From a bacterium (GTDB lineage Bacteria; Planctomycetota; Planctomycetia; Isosphaerales; Isosphaeraceae): a DNA stretch of 64,000 bases. Position 1 is the first letter of the stretch, and every line of letters starts with the position of its first letter. Under the pieces are notes generated by a model. It saw only the letters and a program-made list of their open reading frames with translations. It ran no database searches and was not told the origin of the DNA. This document shows positions 52,204 through 63,336 of the stretch, piece after piece. A program made the translations under genes and the position numbers. Where the stretch lies: positions 16,745 through 80,744 of the forward strand of contig WGMM01000029.1 in the NCBI GenBank assembly GCA_016125085.1, written 5' to 3'.

Positions 52204-53169
52204 TCACTCTCGCCCCGTTTCGGGAAAAAATCCGCCCCCAGCCCGCCGAACGGCCACATCGCCCAGCAGGTCACGCCACATCCGGTACGGATCGCCGAAC
52301 ACGTCCCGGCCCAGGTCCCTGTCCGCAAGGGCCGAAGCCAGCACGTTGACGCCGGCCTCGATCGTAAAGGCATTTTCCATATACAAAATCCGAGTGCCAA
52401 TGGCTTCCCGGCCGATCACATCCATGCATGCGGCGATCTCGATGCTGTCACGCCGCGCGAATCCCACGCCGCACACGCCCACGATCGCTTCTGACCAGAG
52501 CTTCGGGTCGCTTTCGGCCGCGCAGCTTCGTAAGCCCTTCACCACCGATTCGAAAACGGCCTCGCCAGCCGCCGTGAGCACCTTGTCCAGTTCGCCCATC
52601 ACGGGCTGCATCGCCGTTCGCACGGCATCCGGGGCCGCCTTGCCTGTTTCGGCCCAGCCTTTGGCCAGGGCGGCCAGTGCCGAAAGCACTTTCGCCGCCG
52701 GGGCCGCCACTTCGGGCGGCAGGTCCATCGCCGCCTGCTCGACCGCCTGAGCCAGCGCTGCGGAAAGACGTTTCGCCGCTTCGATCTTCGGCCCGGCATC
52801 GCCCGCCCGGGCCAGCCGCGCACCGGTCGCCTGGGTCGCGATCACGCCATGCATCAGCCCTTTGACTTTCGAAATCCAGCCGATGGGCGCGTACGACCGC
52901 ACGGCTTTGCCATGCTCGACTCGCCAGACTTCCCCCGTGCCGATAAGCATCAGCACGGCCAGCGGGCATTCGGCCAGAAGTTCGGCCCGGTTCGTGCCGT
53001 AAAGCTCGCGAAAAGTCGCATTCAGGCGGGCCGCGTCGTCGGCCACGTTCGGCTCGGCCGCCGTCGTGTTCGCTGACGTTTGCCCTGCGCAGATCATGGC
53101 AGCCAGCGTGCCGCCTTCGATCAGAAATCCGCGGCGGTCGGTTCCATCGGTTCGATCCGGTTCGCTCAT
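52204..53169 (-). CDS. Tat-signal hypothetical protein
   Basis: DRRGFLIEGGTLAAMICAGQTSA is a twin-arginine-like signal. The remainder is Ala-rich and I recognise no family. Confidence 0.5.
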   Translation of the reverse strand: MSEPDRTDGTDRRGFLIEGGTLAAMICAGQTSANTTAAEPNVADDAARLNATFRELYGTNRAELLAECPLAVLMLIGTGEVWRVEHGKAVRSYAPIGWISKVKGLMHGVIATQATGARLARAGDAGPKIEAAKRLSAALAQAVEQAAMDLPPEVAAPAAKVLSALAALAKGWAETGKAAPDAVRTAMQPVMGELDKVLTAAGEAVFESVVKGLRSCAAESDPKLWSEAIVGVCGVGFARRDSIEIAACMDVIGREAIGTRILYMENAFTIEAGVNVLASALADRDLGRDVFGDPYRMWRDLLGDVAVRRAGGGFFPETGRE

Positions 53170-53200
53170 GACACTGCCTCAAAAGTGAGATTCGTGGCAC

Positions 53201-53228
53201 GCGAACCGGTTCGAATTTCCCGGTTCGC
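53201..53228 (-). terminator. perfect 9-bp inverted repeat immediately after the ABC-F stop
   Basis: GCGAACCGG-10 nt-CCGGTTCGC. No clear U-tract follows. Confidence 0.3.
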
Positions 53229-53229
53229 C

Positions 53230-54945
53230 TTACGCCACCGTCGAAGACCGCTTGCCGCCGGTTGCGGGGGATTTGTCGGCTGAGTCCTTGTCGGATTTCG
53301 TGGGGAATTTCAATCCGCGCGTCAGGATCGCGAACGGGTTGTCGTCCGACTTCGCCGACTTCGACTTCATGTACAGGTAATCGTCGTAGCGGCACGGATA
53401 GACCGTCAGCTTGCCGTCTTCCACTTCGATCACCTTGTTCGCCACGGCACGAATGAAGTGCTCGTCGTGCGAAATGAAACACAGCGTCCCTTCGAAACCG
53501 TCCAGAGCTTCTTCCAGAATGTCGCGGCTGGCGATATCCAGGTGGTTCGTCGGTTCGTCCATCATGATAAAATTGTGCGTGACGGTCAGGATCTTCGCCA
53601 GGCACAGGCGGGTTTTTTCGCCGCCGGAGAGATTGCCCACGGCCTTTTCCACGTCGTCGCCGCTGAAAAGGAACGCCCCGAGGGTATTCCGCAGCGAGCC
53701 TTCGGAGGCCCCCGGGTGCACGCTCCGCAGGTTGTCGATCACGGTGGCCTTCATGTCCAGAGCTTCCACCCGGTGCTGGGCGAAATAGGTCTCGAACACG
53801 TTCGAACCGAGCGTCATCGTGCCGCCCTGCGGCTTCTGCACGCCGGCCAGCAGCTTCATCAGCGTCGTTTTGCCCGCGCCGTTGGGGCCGACCAGAACGA
53901 CTTTGTCGCCACGCTCGATCGCCACGCTCATGCCGCGATAGACGATCTTCGTGCCGTAGGCGAAGTCGATGTTCTCCAGCTTCGCAACCACGTGGCCGCT
54001 GCGTGGCGGCTCGGGCAGCTTGATGCGCACAGCTGAGTTGTCCGTCTTCGGCGCGGCGATCTTTTCGATCTTGTCCATCGCCTTCAACCGGCTCTGGGCC
54101 CGGGCGGCCGTGGCGGCGTTGGCCCGGTTCCGGTCCACGAAGTCCTGCATCTGCTTGAGCTTCTTCTGCTGGCCGTCGAACGACGCCTGGTGCACCGTCA
54201 GCCGATGCTCGCGCTGCGGGATGTGGTCGGAATAGTTGCCGGAATAGCTGTAAAGCTTGCCCAGCTCCAGCTCGACGGTGCGATTGATGACCCGGTCCAG
54301 AAAGTCCCGGTCGTGGCACGTGATGAGGATCGCCCCGTCGTAGCCCTGCAGGAACTCCTCGAACCACTTCACGGAAAGCAAGTCCAGGTGGTTCGTCGGT
54401 TCGTCCAGCAGCAGCAGGTCGTGATTGAAAGCCAGCAGGCCGCCCAGGGCCAGCCGCATCGCCCAGCCACCTGAAAGCGTGGCCACGGGTGCGTCAAGCT
54501 GCTGAACGCTGAACCCCAGGCCCATGAGGATGCTCTTCGCCCGGGCTTCCATTTCGTAGCCGCCGGCCGAGATGAACGCCTCGTGGGCGTCGTCGTAGGC
54601 GTCCAGGGCTTTGGGGTCGCCGGTTTCCAGCCCCTTCATCACTTCGTGCAGTCGTTTGTTGGCGATCGTCCAGGGGCCGAGGTGGTCGAGCATGTTCTCG
54701 AACACCGTGCCTTCCTTGAGCGGGTGGATTTCCTGCGGCAGGTAGCCGATGGAGCACTTCCGGTCGCGCATGATCTCGCCGGAGTCGACGGATTCGGTGC
54801 CCAGCAGAATCTTGAACAGGGTGGACTTGCCCGCGCCGTTCTTGCCGAGCAGGCCGATGCGGTCGCCGCGCGTGATGGACAGGTCGATGCCGTCGTAAAT
54901 GGTCTGATGACCGAAGCGTTTCTTGCCGTTGACGAGTCGAATCAT
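53230..54945 (-). CDS. ABC-F family ATPase (two ABC domains, no TM domain)
   Basis: Walker A motifs: GKNGAGKST and GPNGAGKTT. Signature motifs: LSGGW and LSGGEK. Walker B motifs: [11 protein letters not shown] and [12 protein letters not shown]. Confidence 0.9.
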   Translation of the reverse strand: MIRLVNGKKRFGHQTIYDGIDLSITRGDRIGLLGKNGAGKSTLFKILLGTESVDSGEIMRDRKCSIGYLPQEIHPLKEGTVFENMLDHLGPWTIANKRLHEVMKGLETGDPKALDAYDDAHEAFISAGGYEMEARAKSILMGLGFSVQQLDAPVATLSGGWAMRLALGGLLAFNHDLLLLDEPTNHLDLLSVKWFEEFLQGYDGAILITCHDRDFLDRVINRTVELELGKLYSYSGNYSDHIPQREHRLTVHQASFDGQQKKLKQMQDFVDRNRANAATAARAQSRLKAMDKIEKIAAPKTDNSAVRIKLPEPPRSGHVVAKLENIDFAYGTKIVYRGMSVAIERGDKVVLVGPNGAGKTTLMKLLAGVQKPQGGTMTLGSNVFETYFAQHRVEALDMKATVIDNLRSVHPGASEGSLRNTLGAFLFSGDDVEKAVGNLSGGEKTRLCLAKILTVTHNFIMMDEPTNHLDIASRDILEEALDGFEGTLCFISHDEHFIRAVANKVIEVEDGKLTVYPCRYDDYLYMKSKSAKSDDNPFAILTRGLKFPTKSDKDSADKSPATGGKRSSTVA

Positions 54946-55387
54946 CGCGTGAGCCGGTCGGGCCTCTCGAAAAGGAAATCACGGTCGCAGTGCCGGGGAA
55001 GTGCGTCGAATCCGCCAGGCCGCGATCGTGAAAAGTGATCGTTGCGTAATATCATACGCGAAATTGATCGGAAAGGGAACGAATCCCGGGCTCCTTCGAC
55101 ACGAAAGGGATTGGTGAGAGCGAAAAACCGTCAGCGCTTCGCCCGGAATACGAGCCGGAAGCGAAAGCGACGGACGCGAAACGGAGTACTTCGAAGACCG
55201 GAGGAAATGACGAATTCCCAGGACTCGCTAATTCAAATCAATGTTCATCCACTTGAAGAATCACTGACCGTAGCTCACGCTCCCGTCTCGTTTTCGGCCG
55301 TGCAGCTGATTTCGAATGACATCTCGAAATCGGATCAAGTCGATGCAATAAGTCACAAAATTCGAAATCGGTCGATTCGAATTCGCT

Positions 55388-56074
55388 TCATGCGCAATCC
55401 GCCCACCGATACAGCCACGACCTCCCCTGCTTGCCGATCTGCTCGATCAGGCCTGATTTGGCGAAACAATAGGCCATCTTCTGGGCCAGATAGCGTTCAG
55501 CGCCCATTTCGGTGGCCAGGTCCAGGGTCGTGAAGTCGCCGCTCATCGATTTCGGCGCCAGGTTACGCCAATCGTCGGCGGTTTCGAAAAGGCGGCGCTC
55601 GACGATCTCCACCAGTTGCCGTTCTTCCCGCCGCCAGCCCTTGCTGCGCCAGCTTCGGGTGCGGACGGGCTTGCGCAGCTCCTCTTCGCGTGTCATCACG
55701 ATTTCGAAAGAAAAGTTCGGGTGCGAAATCAGGTCGGGGATGCTCACCAGCTCGATGAACGCATGCTCGACACGGCCCCGCTTGGGCGATTTCCGCCGCG
55801 ACGATTCGCCTGACCGCCCCGCCGGCAGCGTGACGATCCACTTCTCCAGAGCCAGTGGCCAGATCAGCCGCACCTGGTACGATTTCAGCAAATGGCGCAG
55901 CTTCGCCCTCATTGCGCCGAAGCTGGCGGTTTGAATTTCCAGCAGCAGGCCTTCGCGCACGATGTCGACGACGAACCGGTCGACGGGCACTTCGAAGCGG
56001 TCGCCCGGCTGGGCCGTCAGCCGTTTCAGATCGGCGTGCAGCGACTTTTCGTTGAGAAGGCCGATGACTGACAT
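55388..56074 (-). CDS. PD-(D/E)xK-like (CoiA-like) nuclease-fold protein with C-terminal winged-helix-like region
   Basis: FVVDIVREGLLLEIQTASFGAMRAKLRHLLKSYQVRLIWPL resembles the D...E-x-Q core followed by R..Y...v.W seen in CoiA-like proteins. The start is taken at ATG 56074 (MSVIGLL). Confidence 0.45.
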   Translation of the reverse strand: MSVIGLLNEKSLHADLKRLTAQPGDRFEVPVDRFVVDIVREGLLLEIQTASFGAMRAKLRHLLKSYQVRLIWPLALEKWIVTLPAGRSGESSRRKSPKRGRVEHAFIELVSIPDLISHPNFSFEIVMTREEELRKPVRTRSWRSKGWRREERQLVEIVERRLFETADDWRNLAPKSMSGDFTTLDLATEMGAERYLAQKMAYCFAKSGLIEQIGKQGRSWLYRWADCA

Positions 56075-56323
56075 GGGGCGATCGTGTCCGTGATCGAATG
56101 ACATCCTGAATCCGGCCGGGCCACGAAGGCACGTCATGTGCCTTTCCGCCGGAATGTCCTGCATCATAACGCGATTCTGACGGATTTGTCAGCCGAATTT
56201 CGAAAGCCGAAAGAAGAACCGGCGATCGAACTCTCCAAAAGAAACGAAAACGGCTGGCCCGGCAGTCATGCCGGACCAGCCTGATGTGAGTTACCTGAAA
56301 CCGGACGAATTCCGGAATGGAAT

Positions 56324-59300
56324 TCAGCTCAGGCGATGGGCACGAGCGGCGCGGAGGGCCGCCCATTTCGCCCGAACGGCCGCGATGCGAGCCGCGCGGT
56401 TGGCTGCAGGGGCGAGCGTCGCCAGCTTGGCGGGGCGAACCAGGGCGGTTTTCGCTGCCGAGGCTTGGGCCGAACCTGCGACGGCAGGTGCGGCTGGCGG
56501 GGTTCTGAGTGCGGCCGGTTGCTGTGTCTGCTGCCGGGCCACGATAGCGACGTTGTCGATGAGGGCCGTCGCGTCGTTGGTCGCCCCGATGTCAGCAAGC
56601 CCGATGATGTGCTGGCCGGCCGGCGCGGTGAATCGCACCGTGTAGCCGGTGTAATTCGGGCCGCTGGGAACCACCGTGCCGATGACTTCGCCGTCGAGCA
56701 GCACGCTGATCGTCTGCCGGTCGACGGAATTGCCACGTTTGCGCTGGGCTGCGAAGAAGCTCAGCACGTAATTGCCGGCCTGCAGGGTGACCTTCTGGCG
56801 AATACCGCCGGCCGCACCCAGAAGGGCGACCTGCTTGCCTTCCGGCGCGGGGCCGTTCTGCGCGGTGTATGTGCTGCCGTTGCCCGCGATACCGGCCTTG
56901 GCATTGAAATCCCAGAGGGTTCCGTCCGGATCGAGCACGAAATTCCCGGGCGGGGTTTGCGTCAGCTGTGGCGTTTCGAAACCCGAATTGGAAAGCGGAT
57001 TGACCGGCGGCGCACCGGTGACGATGATCTGGACCGCCTTCGCCCCGGGGGCCTTGTTGCTGAGCACCAGCACCAGTCCGCGCGAAGATTCCATTTCCGT
57101 GATGATCGTACCCGCGGGAATGCCAGGGCCGATCACGTAGGCTCCAATAAGTGAAGGACCAGGCGGCTGAATTTGCCAGTATTTCGTCTCGTCCGTCAAC
57201 GTTACGATCGTCTTGCCTGCATAGGGCAGCCTTGAATCCGTCGGATTCGAAATCGTGCCGATGTCCTGGATCATTCCGTACTGCGCGTTGCCGTACCATT
57301 TCTTCTGGTTCGGCAGATTGCCCAGGCCTGAGAAGACGATTTCGAGGTGGTTCGGATTCACCCGTTCCATTTGAGGCGTGTAGTTGCTGGCATAGGCACC
57401 GACGTCCGAAGTGTCGTCGTCCACGGAGAATCCGTAACCCGAAAGGCCGAGAACCTCGTGCACGAACCAGACGTAGGGGTCGAGGTTGTAGACGTTGAAC
57501 TGCTGCCCGCCCTGCCATGTGGCCGGGTGCGGATACCACTGGGCTTCGGGGACCTTGGTGAAATCGTACACGCCGCGAAGGATCGACTTGATCAGGTCGC
57601 GAACGTCGGCTTCGATTTGCGAATTGCTGTCATTCGCATTCGGAATGTGGGTGACGTCGCAGCCGATCGTCGTATAGACCAGGCTCATGGCGGCGGGCAT
57701 GATCGGATTGTTCACGGTGAATTGAGGAATCTGTGATTCCGCGAACATCGCCGCGTAGACCGACCCCGCGAAGGCCAGAGCCGTCTGCTGCTGGTCTTTC
57801 GTGAAGGTGAGCGGGAACGTTTTGGCGAAGCTGCCGACAGCCGCCGTCGCCTGGGCATTGCCTGAGATGACGACCGTGGGGGCCGAAGTATAGCCCGTCC
57901 CGCTGGCGGTCATGACGATCTGGGTAATGGTGCCGTTGTCGCCGACGACGGCCGTCGCCGTCGCCCCGCTGCCGCCCCCGCCCTGGAACGTGACCTGCGG
58001 CGGATTTTTCGGATCGTAACCGGAGCCGGCGTTGGTGATCGACACGCTCATGATGCCGGTCGTATCGGAAAACGCCATCGGCGTCGGATTCGCGAACGAG
58101 TAGCCGCCCGAACCGCCGGATGTCGAAACCTGGCTCACGCGGATCTGCTTGCGGTCGTCGCTGATGTACAGCACGATGATCGAAGTGCCGTTCGCGGGCA
58201 CAAGTCCAGCGCCAGTCACCGACATGCCGACGGCAAGGCTTGCAGGCGCGGGCTTGCTGAGCTGAATCGTGCTGCTTTTCGCCGCGATCGAACCAGGAAG
58301 GTTAGATGGAGCCGTCTTGCCCGCGAACTGATCGACGTAGTATTTGGCCCAGGAATACCAGAGATTCGTGATGGCCGTCGTGGCGTAGTCGGTCACGGGC
58401 CTGTAGAAAATGAAACTCTGGCCGCCGGTCAGGGTCACCGGCCCTTTGACCGTGACCACGACGCCCGGCAGGTTCGGATCCTCGTTTTTCACGAAATTCG
58501 TGACCTGGCCGAATTCGGTCAGTGTCGAATTTTTGGCGTAGAAATCCAGCCCCTGATCCTTCCATCCTTGAAGGGTATCGAAAAAAGCGTCCCGAGCGGC
58601 CTTGGTCAGGAAGTCGCAGCGCAACGTCTGACTGTCGACGATGGCGCCCCCGGCCGTCGACTGAACCGGGCCTTCACCACCGCTGGAGAGCATCCAGCTG
58701 TTGTCTGGCCCATATGTGAAATACGATGACTTCTGGGCGTTCAGCGGGCTGTTGGCGAAAAGGTTCGCACCGCTGGGGATGTTCAGGATGCCGTTCGGAT
58801 TGAAATATTCCGGCCAGCCGTGCGTGCCGAAATACTGCCCGATGCTCGCGATGCCCTGGTTTTTCACGAAGCTTTCGATCATGTACTGCATCGTGCCAGG
58901 CGTCGTCGTATTGCCGTTCGAAAGGTCCGAACCGGCCCAGCCATAATGATATCCGATCGTCGGCGGCGTCGGATTGCCCGGAATCGGCACCGGCACGTCG
59001 GTGGCTTCCATCGAAATCGGGGCCGTCAGGCTGTCGACGTACGAAACGTCGTAATTGTATTCGACGGTCGTTTCGGCGACCTCCTCTTCCGTCAGCCAGT
59101 GCGTGAGATAAGGCGCCCGGATCGTGAATTCGGTAAGCTGCGCCGGGGCGTCCAGCGCGATGCCCTGCGGCCGCGTCGCATGATAGAACATCATGAGCCC
59201 GGCCGATTCGTTGGCGCCGGCCGTAAACTGAGTCACCCACGAATCCGCCGTGCCCGAGACGGAAACGCCGCGCGTCGAGGTCGGATCGTACCGGAACGGG

Positions 59301-59854
59301 TTCGAGCCGTTCACGATATCGTCCGGCACCAGATCCTTGCCGTCAGTCGCCACATACATCCGGGCCGAATCCCAAAAGACGAGCGGTACGCGGAACGTCA
59401 TGCTGGCGCCAGGCTTCAGGCCGAAATGCTGCCCCGTGGCGTCGACATATCCCACATAGGCCCGATATTCCTGATTGTGATAGTCCTGCGGATCGTAATA
59501 ATTTCCGGGATTGTTCGGATTGAGATTCGACGGCAGTTGGCCGGTGTTCGCATTGCGCAGGATCGGAAAAATCGTAATTTCGGACGTGTTGGTAATGGTG
59601 ATCGTCTTGAGGACGGGCGCTTCCGTGATCCCTTTAATGAAACTCGCTGGAGGCGCGGCCGGGTTCGTCGATGGCCCGCCGTTCCAGAAGATCGATCCCA
59701 GCGGACTGTCACTGCCGGCTGGCACATCGGCCGACATGAGAAGCCGGCTTTCCAGCTCGGCCAACCGCATGACGAACTGATCTCGAAACCGGTTGCGCCG
59801 ATTCGGACGTGCCGGTTCGGATGCCTTCTGCCGCAGGATCTTCGGAAACGCCAT
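56324..59854 (-). CDS. large secreted hypothetical protein (LExRLL N-terminus; C-terminal jelly-roll/CBM-like domain)
   Basis: 1176-aa ORF. The N-terminus contains ...FVMRLAELESRLLMS. The middle contains ITNAGSGYDPKNPPQVTFQGGGGSGATATAVV..GTGYTSAPTVVISG. The C-terminus contains NSGFETPQL...TLQAGNYVLSFFAAQR...IDNVAIV. Confidence 0.75.
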   Translation of the reverse strand: MAFPKILRQKASEPARPNRRNRFRDQFVMRLAELESRLLMSADVPAGSDSPLGSIFWNGGPSTNPAAPPASFIKGITEAPVLKTITITNTSEITIFPILRNANTGQLPSNLNPNNPGNYYDPQDYHNQEYRAYVGYVDATGQHFGLKPGASMTFRVPLVFWDSARMYVATDGKDLVPDDIVNGSNPFRYDPTSTRGVSVSGTADSWVTQFTAGANESAGLMMFYHATRPQGIALDAPAQLTEFTIRAPYLTHWLTEEEVAETTVEYNYDVSYVDSLTAPISMEATDVPVPIPGNPTPPTIGYHYGWAGSDLSNGNTTTPGTMQYMIESFVKNQGIASIGQYFGTHGWPEYFNPNGILNIPSGANLFANSPLNAQKSSYFTYGPDNSWMLSSGGEGPVQSTAGGAIVDSQTLRCDFLTKAARDAFFDTLQGWKDQGLDFYAKNSTLTEFGQVTNFVKNEDPNLPGVVVTVKGPVTLTGGQSFIFYRPVTDYATTAITNLWYSWAKYYVDQFAGKTAPSNLPGSIAAKSSTIQLSKPAPASLAVGMSVTGAGLVPANGTSIIVLYISDDRKQIRVSQVSTSGGSGGYSFANPTPMAFSDTTGIMSVSITNAGSGYDPKNPPQVTFQGGGGSGATATAVVGDNGTITQIVMTASGTGYTSAPTVVISGNAQATAAVGSFAKTFPLTFTKDQQQTALAFAGSVYAAMFAESQIPQFTVNNPIMPAAMSLVYTTIGCDVTHIPNANDSNSQIEADVRDLIKSILRGVYDFTKVPEAQWYPHPATWQGGQQFNVYNLDPYVWFVHEVLGLSGYGFSVDDDTSDVGAYASNYTPQMERVNPNHLEIVFSGLGNLPNQKKWYGNAQYGMIQDIGTISNPTDSRLPYAGKTIVTLTDETKYWQIQPPGPSLIGAYVIGPGIPAGTIITEMESSRGLVLVLSNKAPGAKAVQIIVTGAPPVNPLSNSGFETPQLTQTPPGNFVLDPDGTLWDFNAKAGIAGNGSTYTAQNGPAPEGKQVALLGAAGGIRQKVTLQAGNYVLSFFAAQRKRGNSVDRQTISVLLDGEVIGTVVPSGPNYTGYTVRFTAPAGQHIIGLADIGATNDATALIDNVAIVARQQTQQPAALRTPPAAPAVAGSAQASAAKTALVRPAKLATLAPAANRAARIAAVRAKWAALRAARAHRLS

Positions 59855-60616
59855 GGAGTGAAATCCTCTTGTCGAATGTGAATTGCCTGAATCGAACCGC
59901 CGGCAGGATCCGCCTCCGTCGACAGATTTGCCGAAGTCCGCACGATCCCGTTACGTCCGCGAGCCGGAATGCCCCGGACCGGTCGATCGCTCAATAGGTC
60001 ACGATGCTCATGATGCCGCCGCTTCAGTCGAAATTCGTCAGTAAATCTGTCGCTGCCGCCAGTCGCGAAATGCCGTGACGCCGCGACCGCCGCCCCCCAT
60101 CGATTCATTCGAAAAGGACGTGAATCACGACGTTTCGAAACCCCGTCGACAAGCCTTGCCTTGATCGTGCACAGGCAAAAAGGCAGTTATTGCCTTCCAT
60201 CCCGTGCCTGCTTCAGATCGCTCATCCCCGCCTGGCCGCTGGGCCTTGACGCGAATCGCATTTCTCACCGAAGTCCGATTCAAAGCTTGAAGCCTGGCTT
60301 CTGCTCAACCTGCTTCGTCTGGCCGGATGACTTCTCGGGTGGGTGTCGGGACTGCATACGCAAGGTTTGCGGATTGAGCAGATTCGGTCAAACACATCCT
60401 ACCTTGAGAGACATGAACTGTCAAAGAACAAGAGTAAAAATGAACACATGCTGCATTTTTCGTTCCGTAGTGCCGTAAGTCTATGCCATTAAACGGTGTA
60501 CGTGCCCTTCTTGCGGCTGGTCGAAATCGTTCTTCGATGCGAAGTTTCACGACTGGACACTCAGGATGCGCCGAATCGGCCTGACGTCGATGCAGACGAA
60601 TCATGTGATCACGTGT

Positions 60617-61948
60617 TCACAATGACTTCAGGAATCGGATCAACTGATCCCTCTGTGCCTCGCCCAGCCTCGAAAATTTGCGGGCTGAGGCTTCGGCCTC
60701 GCCGCCATGTTCCAGAATGGCATGTTCCAGCCCGGGTGAGCGGCCATCATGCATGTACGGAGCCGATTCCCGAATCCCCCACAAGGGCGGTGTGCGCCAT
60801 TCGTCGGCCCGGGCCGCGGAGTCCGCGTCCGCACCGGGATCGACCGCTATCGAAGTTCCGAACACCTGATACTGGCCAGACTCACGCACATCCGGCTTCA
60901 TGTCATGCAGCAGCAGATCCGAATAGAGCCCTTCGACCCCGCCCAGATTCGGCACGTGGCATTTCGAACACTCCAGCTCGCGGAACAGTCTCTGCCCTGA
61001 TCGTATCGATTCGCTTTCGACCCGCACAGGCCGCGGCAAAGACGCCACGAACGCCGTGATCGCGTCAATCTGATCCTTGCCCAGGTCCAGGCCCGGGGCC
61101 GCCGCTGCGGGCCCACGCGGATCGGCGCCCTGGTGCTTGTTCGGCGTCTCCAGGCCAAGTTCACCCGCGGCGGCCTCTTCGACGAACTCGCGCAGCGTCG
61201 CCTTCTGGCCCTTCCAGCCGAATTTGCCCACGCGGCCGTCCGCGGTGCGTGCCACGCGGCCGCCCATGCCCAGAAGCCGCTGCCGCGCCGCCTGATTCAG
61301 CAAAATCTTGTCGTCAATTCTGTCGATCGCACCAGTGCCGAAAAGGCTCGGCGTGTTGCGCTGGGAAAGATCGACGACGAAATCGCCGTGCGAGCCCGGC
61401 ACCGTGCGGCGATAATCACGATACGCTTCATCTGTGCTGAACTTGTGCAGAACGACCGACGGCGACTGGCGGAAGCCTTCATGAACCTGGGCAAGCAGGG
61501 CCGGGTCGAGCCGCCGGGTCATCTCTTCGCGAGCACGCCCCGCGGCGTCATCGGCACCGTTGCCGAACCGGTATTCGAACCGCCCGTTCACGAACCGGAA
61601 CGAGTACGAAAACGCATAACCGCCGAAGGGCGTGAAGCCGGCATCGGCCGGCCGAGCTGTGACGATGTCGATGTTGCGTGCGTTCGAACCTGCCCCGCCC
61701 GAACCGCCCTGATGGTGACACTCCGAGCAGCTCCGGGCGTTGAACATCGGCCCCAGGCCGTCCGCCCGCCCCTGGGCTTTCGGCAACGTCGTCGGTTCCC
61801 ACACCCAGTCGAACAGGTTCCGGCCCCGGTCCAGGGCCGTCGCCCCTTCCAGGCCGAGCCGGTCATGCTGAGCCGATGCGGTGCCGCACACGAGCGTCGC
61901 AAGTGTCATCAGAGCGATTCGTTTCGCTGCCGCTGCGAGATGCGTCAT
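60617..61948 (-). CDS. di-heme oxidoreductase family protein (DUF1111/cytochrome c peroxidase-like)
   Basis: The ORF has a signal peptide and two CxxCH motifs (CSECH, CSKCH). It also has TPPLWGIRESAPYMHDGRS. Confidence 0.8.
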   Translation of the reverse strand: MTHLAAAAKRIALMTLATLVCGTASAQHDRLGLEGATALDRGRNLFDWVWEPTTLPKAQGRADGLGPMFNARSCSECHHQGGSGGAGSNARNIDIVTARPADAGFTPFGGYAFSYSFRFVNGRFEYRFGNGADDAAGRAREEMTRRLDPALLAQVHEGFRQSPSVVLHKFSTDEAYRDYRRTVPGSHGDFVVDLSQRNTPSLFGTGAIDRIDDKILLNQAARQRLLGMGGRVARTADGRVGKFGWKGQKATLREFVEEAAAGELGLETPNKHQGADPRGPAAAAPGLDLGKDQIDAITAFVASLPRPVRVESESIRSGQRLFRELECSKCHVPNLGGVEGLYSDLLLHDMKPDVRESGQYQVFGTSIAVDPGADADSAARADEWRTPPLWGIRESAPYMHDGRSPGLEHAILEHGGEAEASARKFSRLGEAQRDQLIRFLKSL

Positions 61949-62331
61949 CGGTCATTCACCTTTCGCAGTCTTCGGGGCTCGCCTTGGGATCACGGATTTT
62001 TCTTCGCTTGTCGTGAGTGCTTCCCTGTATCGTAACATTTCGCAATCGTGACGAAAGCTTCGCACAAGCCGAATTTTTCGAAGCCTGATCCGATCCGTCG
62101 CGTTCGCCGTGTGCCCCCGAATTCGTGCTTGAAGCTGGCTTGCCGGCGATCCTGCTCCAGGTCGTTGACCCGTGACTGCCGACACGTCATGCTCAAATCC
62201 TGTACTCCGTGGATCGGAAATCCGGGCCGATCATGCGGTCCGTTCTTCGGAACGGTCCAGTCCCATGAGATAAAAAGGTTCCGGGGTCCTGATCCCGGTC
62301 CGCAACCCGCATCCATCACAACCGGCGATGA

Positions 62332-63264
<933 letters not shown>

Positions 63265-63336
63265 ACCTCAGGCTTTGCAGCGGAAGCGGCTTTCCGCCGC
63301 TTCCGCGAGAATCGTCGAGACTCCGATTCCGCGCCA

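Noticed and set aside
52448-54367. 639-aa minus-strand ORF, the longest in that area.
   Set aside because: It is out of frame across two real genes (52204..53169 and the ABC-F gene), and its composition is extreme Arg/Gly/Pro. The ABC-F frame shows Walker A/B and signature motifs twice.
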